DNA from: Takakia lepidozioides
Lineage: Eukaryota > Plantae > Bryophyta
NCBI GenBank assembly: GCA_030704615.1
Contig: CM060732.1
Location: 22,630,001-22,694,000, forward strand
Length of the DNA stretch: 64,000 nt
Reading direction: 5' to 3'
Within the stretch, counting starts at the first letter, position 1. Each line of letters begins with the position of its first letter. The notes under the pieces are model-generated. The model was not told the DNA's origin and searched no databases. It was given only the letters and a program-made list of their open reading frames with translations. A program made the position numbers and the translations under genes. This document shows, in pieces, positions 32,820 through 44,151 of the stretch.

Positions 32820-35800
32820 GGGAGGAAAAGAAAAGGATTGCAGCCTGAGAAGCAGCAGCAGCAGCAGCAGGCAGTGACTGAGAAGCCTGTTGAAGAAGAC
32901 GATCATTTCTACGAAGAAGAGTGGCACAAAGTCCTCGTGTACCAAAAGGTCAATTCCGCGTAGGTGATCAAGTCTATGCAGGTACCTGGAAGCAAGATTA
33001 TGATCCCTCTCTACCGCCTAATATCAATGCCAATTGTTCGACCTGCCCTGACCGGGGATGTGTCCAAGTTGGAGCAGGATTTAGTCACGGGATACATAGA
33101 GGGTCTCAGTGTTTTACGTGTCCTAGTGCGATGCCAGTGGACAGGAGGTCTTGGTGGACGAGTCAATTGTGAAAAGCTGGGATCCAATATGGCGAGAAGT
33201 AAACGAGGAGTTTGAAGCCCAGATTTCGAGGAGACTGTCCACACAGGTGTTCTCCGGGAAAATGTTTCATATTTGGGATGGCAATCACCGCTTCATGCCC
33301 TGGATGAACGTCATAAACAAATATCACAGCACAGACGAGGACTGGCACTACCTTGTGGTGTCCATGGTGCTAGATCCAAAAGGAAACGTCACAGCACTTC
33401 TGACGGCTATGCATGACATCAACAAGTAGTAAGTATAATGCTCACCCTTCATGCCATCAGAATTCTCCGATTTGTTCTGTCTGTTTTGTATTTCCTGGTG
33501 AAGGAGGAATGGCATAGTGTTTGTGTGGGACTGCAAGGGAACCGAAAGTGCACACGTGACGACGAATTTGGTCCACACTCTATTCAGGATACAGAAAGGT
33601 GGGCCAAATGCCACTGGTCACCTTCAAAAACCTTATCAGTGCTGAGGCTTACAAGAAGTGCGAGACCTCCAAATCCGCCGACACATGGTACAAGCTCACC
33701 AGGGAGGCTTTCTGTGACTACATGTACGTTGTAAGTATTCCTTCCCTAGCTTTGTCTACTTGTTCATTCATAAAACCAGTTGACTAATAAGTTGTATACT
33801 GGAATGTTCAGCAAGAGATTGCGGAGGCTGGAGAGAAAGGGAAAGCAGAGTACTATGCCAAAAAAGACCCAGGGGAGCGATCCTCAAAAGGAGTGGAAGA
33901 ATCTATGAACAAGGAGATGGAGGTGGCGAAGAGGCACTACATGAGCGCGTTCGTGAAACAACTCAGAATAGCCGACCTTGGTTTTGGCCCAGAGTTCTTG
34001 AATCAAGTCAGGATCCACTGGAACGTGAACACCAAGCCCGAAATGATGCAGGAGAAGCTTCATCGCCTGTCCACTGCCGTAGTGGAGCTAGAGGTGAAAG
34101 TGAAATGGCTTGAGATTTGGAACGCCGACCCGACAGTGAAAGATAACCACTGCTTTCCGAAGAGTGAGAAGAACAAGGAAACATGAGTCATAAAGCAATT
34201 CAGTGACCATGTTCTCGATATGTGGCTGCACAAAGCCACGTACTGGGCACAGGTTTTTTCCTCTCCCCTTTCCATATCCACTGCAAATCTGCATTGCACC
34301 GGAAAAAGTCACTTACTCTTCTTAAACATCTTTTCTCTAAATTGTAGAACTGTTCTTGCGCAGATAGAGGCTCGGGCACAGCTGGTGCTGGAGAAGCAGC
34401 TGAACGATTACAAGATAACTATGACTCCACTGACAGATACTCTAGAAGTTTACGTCCGCCAGTGGAAAGCAGCTTGCTTCGGCACTTGCTTCTTCAGGGA
34501 GTTCGCCAAAGAGGGAGGCATCTCGTGCACTAACGACTTCAAGCAACAGCATGGATCAGAACAGGCCATGAAGAGGGTTCTATACAGGTTCGTCTTGACA
34601 CTCTTTTTCCACCCTTCTTTCCTATCTCACGAAGTTTCGATTTCGTTGCAGCCCTGCTCTTTTGGAATAAACAGTCCCAAAACTGTGCGCGCTGACGCAC
34701 TCAGTAAATGGGTATGCACTTCTGTGTCTCCCAAGCTTTCATTCTACATACGAATATCCGATCCTGTACTGAACCACACCTGCCCTAGCTTGTAAGTAGG
34801 GCCTGGGTGGACAGACAAAAAATTGAGTGCGCTGGCGCACACTGTCAAGGGGTCCTTAAACCATTATCTCACACTTTCCCCACTCACTAATATTCCCTCT
34901 GTTTTGATTGTGTAGGTACATCAAGAACGTTCTCATTCCAGGCAAGAACTTGAGTCGACACCCGCACTTTATTGACCTATGGTGTGATCCATCCAACGCT
35001 TAGACAATGTACACTGTAGGGATTTTGAAGGATTACGGGACCTCACATCTTCGAGACTGCTGCTGGTATATGGATATCCCACAGTCTGGATGCCCTTGGT
35101 CTGAGGTTGTGACCCGAAATCAAAACGACAATGCAGAGGCCTTGGCCCCTCTGACGGAGAAGGAGTTGCACAAGAGAAACTTGAGGATATTGGCTGAGAA
35201 AGAGCCTCTTGCACAAAATACGCCAGTCAAGCCTAGAAAGGACAAGGGGAAAGGGAAGGTAAAGGGGCAGAAAACACTCCGAATGAGAATGAGATGGAGT
35301 CCATGGTGCAACCGGGGCCAGTGCAGACCCCACCCCCAGCCAGAAAGCCTGACCGAAAGAAGAAGGGTCTGAAAGAGCCCTACGATGCAATGGAGCACCC
35401 ATCTAGAATCATTTTTCCGGGCATGTGCGAGCTGGTAAACGACGGGTTCCTGGCCATGATGGAGACAAGGAAGTCAAGTTACAGTGGTGATCCTTCCAAT
35501 ATGTGGGACAAGCTATGTGCTTTTCTCCAATCGGTAAGCAATTATCATGCATGTGTTTGTGTTTTGTTTTCTTTGTTTTATTTTTACTCGGATCAGAAAG
35601 GTCGCTTATAAAACATCTTCCCCTTCTTACACGCTATACTGGAGGGGGAAGGAATCTTGGGTGAATGGTGCACTGAAACCGTTTGCTTCGGAGATGGTTA
35701 TTGTGGACATTCCGGACGGGCATCCAGTCCCCGATATTCTGCCCAGTGACACCTGCCCAACATGGAACAAATTTGACGAGAGGTATAGGAGTTGGGTGTT

Positions 35801-36774
35801 TTCCTTTTGCAAGTTTTTCCTTTCCAATGCAGGGGTTCTTGTTATCATACAATCTGTCACGATGAGATGTCGCCGGGAGCTGGAAAGCTACTTGAAAGCC
35901 TCGGGGATGCGGATTATCAAGACTTGGAATTGTGTCAACAGCCTATATCTGATGAAGGGGGATTGCCTAGGGCAGAAGGTACGTTTCAAATATTTTATTT
36001 TTATGCCTTCTCTATTGAAGTTCCACTATACTGACTGCTATGAAGTCATGCGGTTCGCACTGCCTGAATTGAGTGCTTCAGCGCACTCAGTTATGGCGGT
36101 GCATGAGCAATGACTCTGAACCCGTTCCATCCGGAATGGGTCTACACTCCCACCCAGATGTGCTATGAAACATTCCTCACTAATTATTGACCTCTTCATC
36201 GCAGACCCGTCTATTTGAGGCCGTCTGTCTCGTGAGGGTACATCCACTGTCGACTCCCACCACAGTGGTGGAGTTCGAGCTTCATGGGGGAGGATGTTTC
36301 ATAAACGAGAGGTTTGATCCTGTCGTCGATGACATGCACTACAACTATGTGGACCCCAACGTATGTTTGCGAAAGCCAAATGGAACGCCTTGGAGAGGGG
36401 CCCGTGAAAAAAGCCCGCTTTTTATCCAAACGATCATTGAGAGTTGTTCTCGGCCAGGGGCCCGCATCATAGATCTCACTCTCGACACAAGTTTCTCTTC
36501 TTGCCTTTGTCATCGATTTCTTTCCTTCTGCACCTTCTTTACTCAATATTCTAAAAGTCTAATTCCATCATTCTGTCTCTTGCAGGCACTTCTTACCATG
36601 CTTGCAAGGCAAGGCAGGCATTGTTTGGTATGGAAGGAGGCAGATATTTTCACTGGCCTACTCGCCGAGTTGCAAGGGGGTTTGTCTACCTCCAATGTGA
36701 AGGATGTCACTGCGCAAATTGATATCCTCGACAGAGACGACAAGGACCTGGACAATGACTTTTCATGTGAGTAA
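32820..36774 (+). pseudogene. ParB/Srx N-terminal domain + beta-class N4/N6 DNA methyltransferase-like fusion gene, copy 2 (most complete)
   Basis: WDGNHR at 33274-33291 and AMHDIN. The MTase-like block reads EMVIVDIPDG (DIPDG at 35706-35720), FLSNAGVLVII, GMRIIKTW, FEAVCLVR, EKSPLFIQTIIESCSRPGARIIDL. There are about 8 GT-AG-bounded exons, a TAG at 32961 and several frameshifts. Confidence 0.75.
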
Positions 36775-37760
36775 GTTCATTTTCTGTCTATTTGATCCCT
36801 GTGTATATTCTCTGTCGCGTCCCCTTCTGTTGTCTAATTATTACCCAAATGGTGCATTTCTGATTGCAGGAATGTCAATGCACTCCCGTGGCCCCTGTCT
36901 TCCATATACTTGAGGGACTTGTGCTGGAGCCCACCTCCCTATTATGTCCTTCCCGACTACGCGGAAGGCATTGCTCGTGTGCAAGCAACACGCTCAGGCA
37001 CCTCCGCGCAAAGGTCTTCATAGATGTTAGTGCCGCAGTTTCAAGCAGTACTTCTCAGCAGATTCAGGTGGTGCATTAGCAGTGTTGACACCACCTACGG
37101 ATGTACTTGAGGGCATTCATTTATGGAACATGAGGGGACACACTCTCCGTTTTCCGTTGCACCACCATTTCTCTTCCCACCATCCGTTGTAATGAGCACG
37201 GACTACAATGAAATTCACATCCATGAATTGAAACATTCTCTCCCCCGCGTCCTGCAAATTTGAAAGTGTTTTCCTTCTAAACATTGCTCTCCAATTCAAC
37301 CGTGTGCATTCAATAAAAGTTTTTCAACAGAGTTGAATATGTGCATAGTCCAGTAGATAGTCATTTGACATATGCCATCATACCAATATTTGGTTGGATG
37401 GATGGAGGATGAATGTTTTTGGATGGATGAAGCCAGATTGGATGTGCACTGTGGATGAATGTTGTATGCATGGATGGTCCCATGGATGATGTCAGTGCGC
37501 AATATCATGCACATGGGCGAGATGGCGAGGTTCACTGTCGGGGTTGAGGTGGGTCCCTAAGGTTGACAAGGGTTGGGGTTTCTGTTTGGGGTTGCAGGGT
37601 AAATATGGATGAAGACGTGTTTCTGCGGTAATGGGTCCTCTTCCACGGAAATAGACGCCGCATCTTTCCCAAAATCATGTCAGGTGTCCTGGGCTCACGC
37701 CAGGCTCCTGGGCTCACACTCTAGCATCCCCCTCGTCGAGGGGAGGAAAGCGTGCTCACG

Positions 37761-38588
37761 GGCTATTCAGATGCCGACTGGGCTGGAGACATTCACAATC
37801 GCAAATCAACAACAGGTTACCTGTTTTGTTTGGGATCGAGTCCAATCACATGGGGTAGCAGAAAGCAGCCATGCACAGCTCTTTCATCCACAGAAGCCGA
37901 ATATATGGCCTGACGAGTGGAGCAAAAGAGGCTGTGGCTGAGGAGATTGTTTGGAGAAATTCAAGCAATCGACGAACAAGAACCAACGAAAATCATGGTC
38001 GACAATCAAAATGCAATTAAACTCTCTGAAAACCCAGTTCTTCATGACAGAACCAAGCATATTGCGATCAGACATCATTTTGTCAGAGAAAAAGTTGCAG
38101 ATGGTGAACTAGAAATGAATCATGTTCCATATTCTGATCAGCTTGTAGACATCTTGACCAAACCCTTGGGTCGTACTGCGTTCGAGAAAGTAAGAGACAA
38201 GTTAGGTTTGGTACACACAATTGACTACTCGAATTCTGCCAATAATCAGAGCATGTAGTCTAAACTAGAATGACATTTTTTATATACTCTCTTGGAAAGA
38301 TGAATAGCTTCCAAGTTCGAGGGGAGGTGTTGAGTATTTTAGTCAAAGAAGATCGACGACGTCTAGATCTGTAACGGTCGAAGAACAGATCAGATCAAAT
38401 GGCTCCACTCAATATGTGAAGTAGGAGCCTAATTTAGTGTCCAGACCACTCCGCCAGTCGCCACTAGTTAATCATGAAAAGAGTAGTGCTTCCCTGCTCT
38501 CTGATACTTAGGACTAGTATATTATGCTTGCTTCGGGTTTAATGAAGCAGACTTCAGACATCTCATTTCTCCTTCACGATTCCTAACA
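37761..38588 (+). mobile_element. Ty1/copia 3' remnant: RNase H, PPT and probable 3' LTR
   Basis: GYSDADWAGD..STTGY..TEAEY, DNQNAI, RTKHIAIRHHFVRE and DILTKPL. PPT GAGGGGAGG at 38319-38327. Probable LTR TGTTGAG..CTAACA at 38328-38588. Confidence 0.85.
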
Positions 38589-40044
38589 CTGGGATCTATC
38601 GTCTGAAGAAAAAGAGAGGTTCCACTTGCCTCGTCAATACAACAGAGAGTATTATGGTTTGATTGAAGCATTTCAAGGGGAGAAGATTATTAATGCTCCC
38701 TTGCATATCAAAGATGTAAATGCTGAGGGAGATGGAGGTTACAGAGGTCCTACGCAAGAAACACATGACGAGAATAAGGATCTACGATCTGAGAACAATC
38801 GAGTTAGGACTTAAAAGCAGACTCTGTATTCTGATGTGCAAAGACCAGTGCGCCTAGATTACAAGCTGAAAAAATTGTGCAAGGAGGATGATTTTCAATG
38901 GCCGCATGATGCTAACGTGTTGTAAAACGAGCGATGTATATGTAGAACGAAGGTAGAATTGATCAGGGAAACGATCACCTATTGTAGAGCTCCCGTAGAA
39001 ACATCTCTTATCACACAAATTGCAGAGGTGATTTCATGAACAAAAGTAGCTGAGTGATAACTGCTGTCAATAAATCAGGTTAACTTAACCCCATGTGTGA
39101 ACAGAGATAAGGTGTCGATAAAGTCGGGTTACCGATCATTGGTAAAAGGTCCAAAATATGGCTCTATCAACGTGGTAGGGTATATTGACGGGATAACATA
39201 ACCCGAGGTGTGAACTGACCTTAACTTAGCATGGGACGATGTTGGAAGTTACAACACACTAATTTATGTCTCTTCTTGTTTAGCATTTCTGAGCTATGAC
39301 AAGCATTGCCAATGGGCTATGCCTCAGTGAGGCATCCATCAGTAGCCGTGTCTGAGAGATCGCACAAATCTGAGACGAAGACCTAGCAGCCAGTAGCCAC
39401 ACACTTTGACCATATCACAAGACTGATTGTCGATACCATGTACAAGGACTGGCCAGTGCCAAATACGTTTTAAAGGGTTAGTTGATAAATAAGTCAAGTA
39501 GTTAGTGCTAAGTTAGTGTCCTTTCAGGTCTAAACCTATATGAGAAACGGTTGAGTAGATACATATTACAATTGATATCAAGATACCGTAGAGGCCGCTC
39601 TATTTCGACGGACCCCTGCCGGAATCATTAAATACATGCAGGTCGCCAGGTTCGGGAGGCTTAATGACAATATTAATTTTTTCATCTAAGCTTCATCCGA
39701 TTTTTTTGGAATTCGGCACCCTGGTACCTTTCATTAAATTTCATTAATAAGTAGTTAGTAGTTAGTAAGTAGTTAGTTACTAGCATTCATTACTGTAATG
39801 TTTTTGCATTTGGCAATTTCAAGGGCAAAATTTTAAAATATTCATCATCTCTTAAAATGAATTTATTTAAGTCGGAATAGCACGACCTCTACAGTATTCA
39901 TAGGATTATTTATTTATTTTTAAAAAGTAAAAGGGGACAGAGGCCCTGTTACTCATATTAAAGAAGCGAGGAAAAAATAACCTCGACAGGGCCATAAGGC
40001 AATACAATCGTGGGGAGCCTCCGAAAGCATCCACAAGGATTCTC

Positions 40045-40400
40045 TTTGCATCTTTGAGTGTGTTCTCTCTCACTTGAATCTCTCAAGTAGAATGATTGTA
40101 TTCTAACATGGTATCAAAGCATGGTAAAGTAAAATAAAAAGTCTATGAGTTTCCTAATCCATAGAAAATGGACGCGTTTAGAAAATACTACAAAGTCTTA
40201 AAGTTAAAGATCTAAGAAAAACTAAGAAGATTTAGATCACAAAATCCTATGTAAGAGTGGCAATGGCAAGTTCCTCATCTGATCATGTTAGAAACCTAGA
40301 ATGACTTAGATGGTTCTAATTACCAGACCTGGAAAATTAGATTGTCTTATCTTTTAAAGAGAGAGACACTATGGGACTTAGTGGTAGAGAAGTGAAACCA
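40045..40400 (+). mobile_element. Ty1/copia 5' fragment (LTR end, tRNA-iMet PBS, start of gag)
   Basis: ..CTAACA is followed by TGGTATCAAAGC at 40109-40120, then the Copia gag N-terminal motif LDGSNYQTWKIRLSYLLKRETLWDLV. Confidence 0.7.
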
Positions 40401-43400
40401 AGTTCAACCACTTCTCCCGGTGGTATGTGACAAATCCACCACCCACTCGACCAGGTTCCATAGGTTCCATAGTACAGTGGGAGGATAGAAACAAAACCCT
40501 CTAATGATAATTATAGATAGTTGCAAAAATACATGTCTTGATCATGCCATTTCTGACCTCACAGCAAGTGGTAATTAGAGAGTGTATCGAACCAAAGACA
40601 TGATAAACAAGAGTCATCTTAGACGACAATACGTAAACTATAGTGTGAGTAAGTTGGGCCCAACTTCCATGTCCCGTGCAGCCAACATTGCACGGCCAAC
40701 ATTGTGGGCCAAATGTTGCACTAGAGGACAAAAAATGACAACATACTTCCATGTGCTAATTTTCACCGGCTTACAAATATGGGTGGCCGACCTTGGCCAG
40801 TACATGAGAATTTGGGGCGCGAGTTCATGGCCGTAAACCATTTTGTGCTGTACTGGGGTACCAATGCATCAGGGAAGGTCGCATTTCTCCTTTGCATCAG
40901 TGGACCCCGCCACTCTACCCACTGAGGACCCACCACGCTCTACTCCTACAAGTACTGACACTCAAAATGTTTTTTTTAAGAGAAACCTTCCAGTACTCAC
41001 ATTCAAGAGAAGAGGTAATTTTGAACCCCCTTTTATATTAGCCATAGGCACACACAAAGGAGACATCATCCCTAGTGATGAACTGTAGATAGATTTGAAC
41101 CCGCTATTACCATAGATATCAAAGCATCCGCTAGGACCCACCACTTGCAATTGAGGGGTTGGAATTGTGGGTCTTCTCGGAGTAGGTAGCAACATGTTCT
41201 TCGAGAACCAACGAGTCAGGTAGGTGGTAGGTCAAATACCTAGGGCATACCATGGATTACAGTTTGGGGCTCCCATTTCGTATGAGGCTGTTACCATTAT
41301 TGTGCGGCTCTCAGAGCTTAATATACATACTATAGGCACGAATCGCTGGAGATTTGGTTTTGCATCCTGGGTAAGGTCTCGTAGACTCTAAAGGCACATA
41401 ATGGGGGTGACGGCTCCTTAGGATTTCTCTTTGTTGGACTTGAGTTTAAGGGCACATTTAGGGGCACATATCTGTTAAGTTTCTCAATACGAAATATGAT
41501 CAATTTGAGGGCCACAGCTACTAAGTTGTTCCTTCCTATTTCCACTCTCTCTTGTCTGACACATGTTCTTGAATGGGGTATAGTTTGCATTGCTCTAAAC
41601 CGGGTTCAGCACTGAAATTTGTGTTCAATTTGGTGCATTTTGAGTATACTTGATGGCGATGAAAAGTATTGATACCCGTATTGATATACAACTGCTATTA
41701 AAAAAAATGAACCCAGACTAGTGATACCATATATTGTACATATCTAAGGGAAATACTTATACCAGTATACTATTTGCAAATTCATCATTCTGCAATACTT
41801 AGAATGATACCAGAGTTCAAAAACAAAGCACCCCTCCAGAACCTACCATGCCTGGTATATTTAAAGGTTGATACCCGCAATGGTTGGAACCTCCTCACAT
41901 ACATGGCACATGCCCTACCATGGGTCAGCAATGCTCCACCAACATTGGCCTAGGATAACGATAACTTGGCCCTAACTTTGCCGAGTGGTGGGACATGGAA
42001 GTTGGCCCTTAGCCAGGGGAAACAAGGGTGGAATGTCACAATCTGGCAGCACAATACTGCTAATGACTGCATCAAGCCTTGGTGGAGCCTCTCATGATCG
42101 GTGGCAAACATCAAGTCAACCATTTGGTAAAGGCATGACAAATAGCGGACGCTAGGAATCACACTGCAAATACATGGGTAAGGTAGCATGACAAGTATAA
42201 TTACTGGTTGGGTCAAAGAAGCCTTCGGGAACAGTTCTGACCGTGAACTCTGTGTTTGATCTTGTATCTCGATGAATACTGCAATTAGTCCTGAGCGCAG
42301 TTGTTGTACATGTCACATAAACTTGATTTGGACATATTCGGAAAGCTCTCAAGATAAAATGACAATTTCGCATCATGAATTTACAAGATCTGCGACATCT
42401 TATCTAAATCGTCATCAAAAGTTCAAGATTTCCAATTTACACATCAGATAATTCTCCTTTTGTATATTCCCAATTCAGTTCTTGTTGCCTAGGCTGATTT
42501 GCTAGCGGTCATGTCGTTTTGGTGTAGCCCAACAAGATGAACTTTCCAAAAAAGACACGGTAAGGAATTTACCCAGGCGAATGTATGATTGTAGGAGGAT
42601 AAGATGGGAGGGGAATAAATTTAGAATCCTAGACAGACACTGACATAATATATTGTGTTGAATTGTGACAGCCTATTGCTCACAATGGATCAATCGAGGC
42701 CATTTCCCATGCAAGCAAAGAAGTCATTAGAGCCCTGGAGTACTGGACTCGCCTTCCCAGACACACAAGCGGACCGGCTTGTTAGGAGCTCGAGATCAGT
42801 AAGTCAATGAGAGAGATCAGTAAGAGAGCTAACTGGTAGCAGCAAGGGAGACCTCTCGTCCCCAGAGCTCTCAAGGATGGATGCCTTGGCTGTGCTCCCT
42901 TGGAACCCAGGAATCAAAACCTCCCATCGACATCGTCCAAGAGCCGGCACCAGAAGGTCCCGTTCAGTGCCCACATTATGGACTAGTGTGGCCTGTGTTC
43001 CCCTGGAACCGGGGCATCAACAGCCTCTTATTCAGACGATATGGCACGAGGCGTCAAACCATTTCCTATCCTGTGGAGGGTCTCGGAGCCGTTGCCAACC
43101 TCCCCTGCCTTCTGCAAAGAGAGGGAGGTGCAGCAGCAAGGCTTGGAACAGACGTTTGCAAGACCACACCTCATTATGAGTGTGACTAACAGCAGTCTGT
43201 GCTGAGCGGCTTCCGCAATAATGCACAAGTGGGCTTCGCTTTTGCAATGCTCGCTTGATAGATAGACAGGCTTCTCGTGGGCAGTGACCTTCCTGGCTTC
43301 AAAATCTAGAAGAAACCTTGTCAGAATATCTTGATATTTACGGCTCGAAGCCCTGCTTAAATTTCCTGTCTTCCAATTCTGGCGTTTCTTCATATTGTGA

Positions 43401-44151
43401 TTCCTGCCTGCTCTCATAGAGACACTCAAAGTTTAATCCTACTTATCTGGCCAGATCCTTTCTTGTTCTCTGTTCCTTCTACTTAGCCACAGCTGACTAG
43501 CTACATTTATCCAACCACTGGCTAACTAGCCACCAGCGGGCAAGCTTACTTGCCATGTCGGGGAATTCCTTCCTTAGGACCGCCATCAATGCTCATTGCT
43601 CTTGAATGCACTGGTCACTAAATAGGCTAAGATCTCTGTAGCTGCCTCTCTTGGTGGCAGTCGCTTCTTCAGAAACCACTTCACAAACGACTACTCTGTA
43701 TAAGGACCTGTCATTCCTCTTCTAGAAACCCAACACTCCAACTTGGCCGCTGGAAATAGTCCCCTCAGTGCCATGAATCGCTGTCATAGTGAAATAGTCA
43801 AGACCTCAAAAGGCAAGGCGGTTAACCAAAGAGCATAAAACTCCATAGCATTATACGCTGGAGTGTGATGCTCGTGATATCGTAATCACAGCAAACTTTA
43901 GATACTTGCTTCCAAAGATTGAGAACCCTGCTCCGTAGTCCAATTAAATCCCTTGGATTTGAGTAAACGCAAACAGTTTACCTCAAATGCATTTTGAATT
44001 CAGTTTCTCTAAATAGAAGACAAATCTGGCTACTTTCAAACAGAATACAGATGCTACACAGAAAAACCATCCGAGTAACGAACTTGCTTTTGGTAGAGTT
44101 ACAACAGAAAAACAAAAGAATAATTACTTCAACTGCAGATGTACAATAAAT

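Noticed and set aside
36870-37300. Possible third, convergent gene of the element (minus strand, Trp/Cys-rich)
   Set aside because: Only a short broken frame with no recognisable motif and no clear counterpart near the other copies.
37715-37760. Helitron 3' end (hairpin plus CTAG)
   Set aside because: The hairpin-CTAG spacing and the A/T target do not fit, and no Rep-helicase is present.
42700-43880. ORFs of 70-130 aa
   Set aside because: No recognisable domain; probably decayed repeat sequence.
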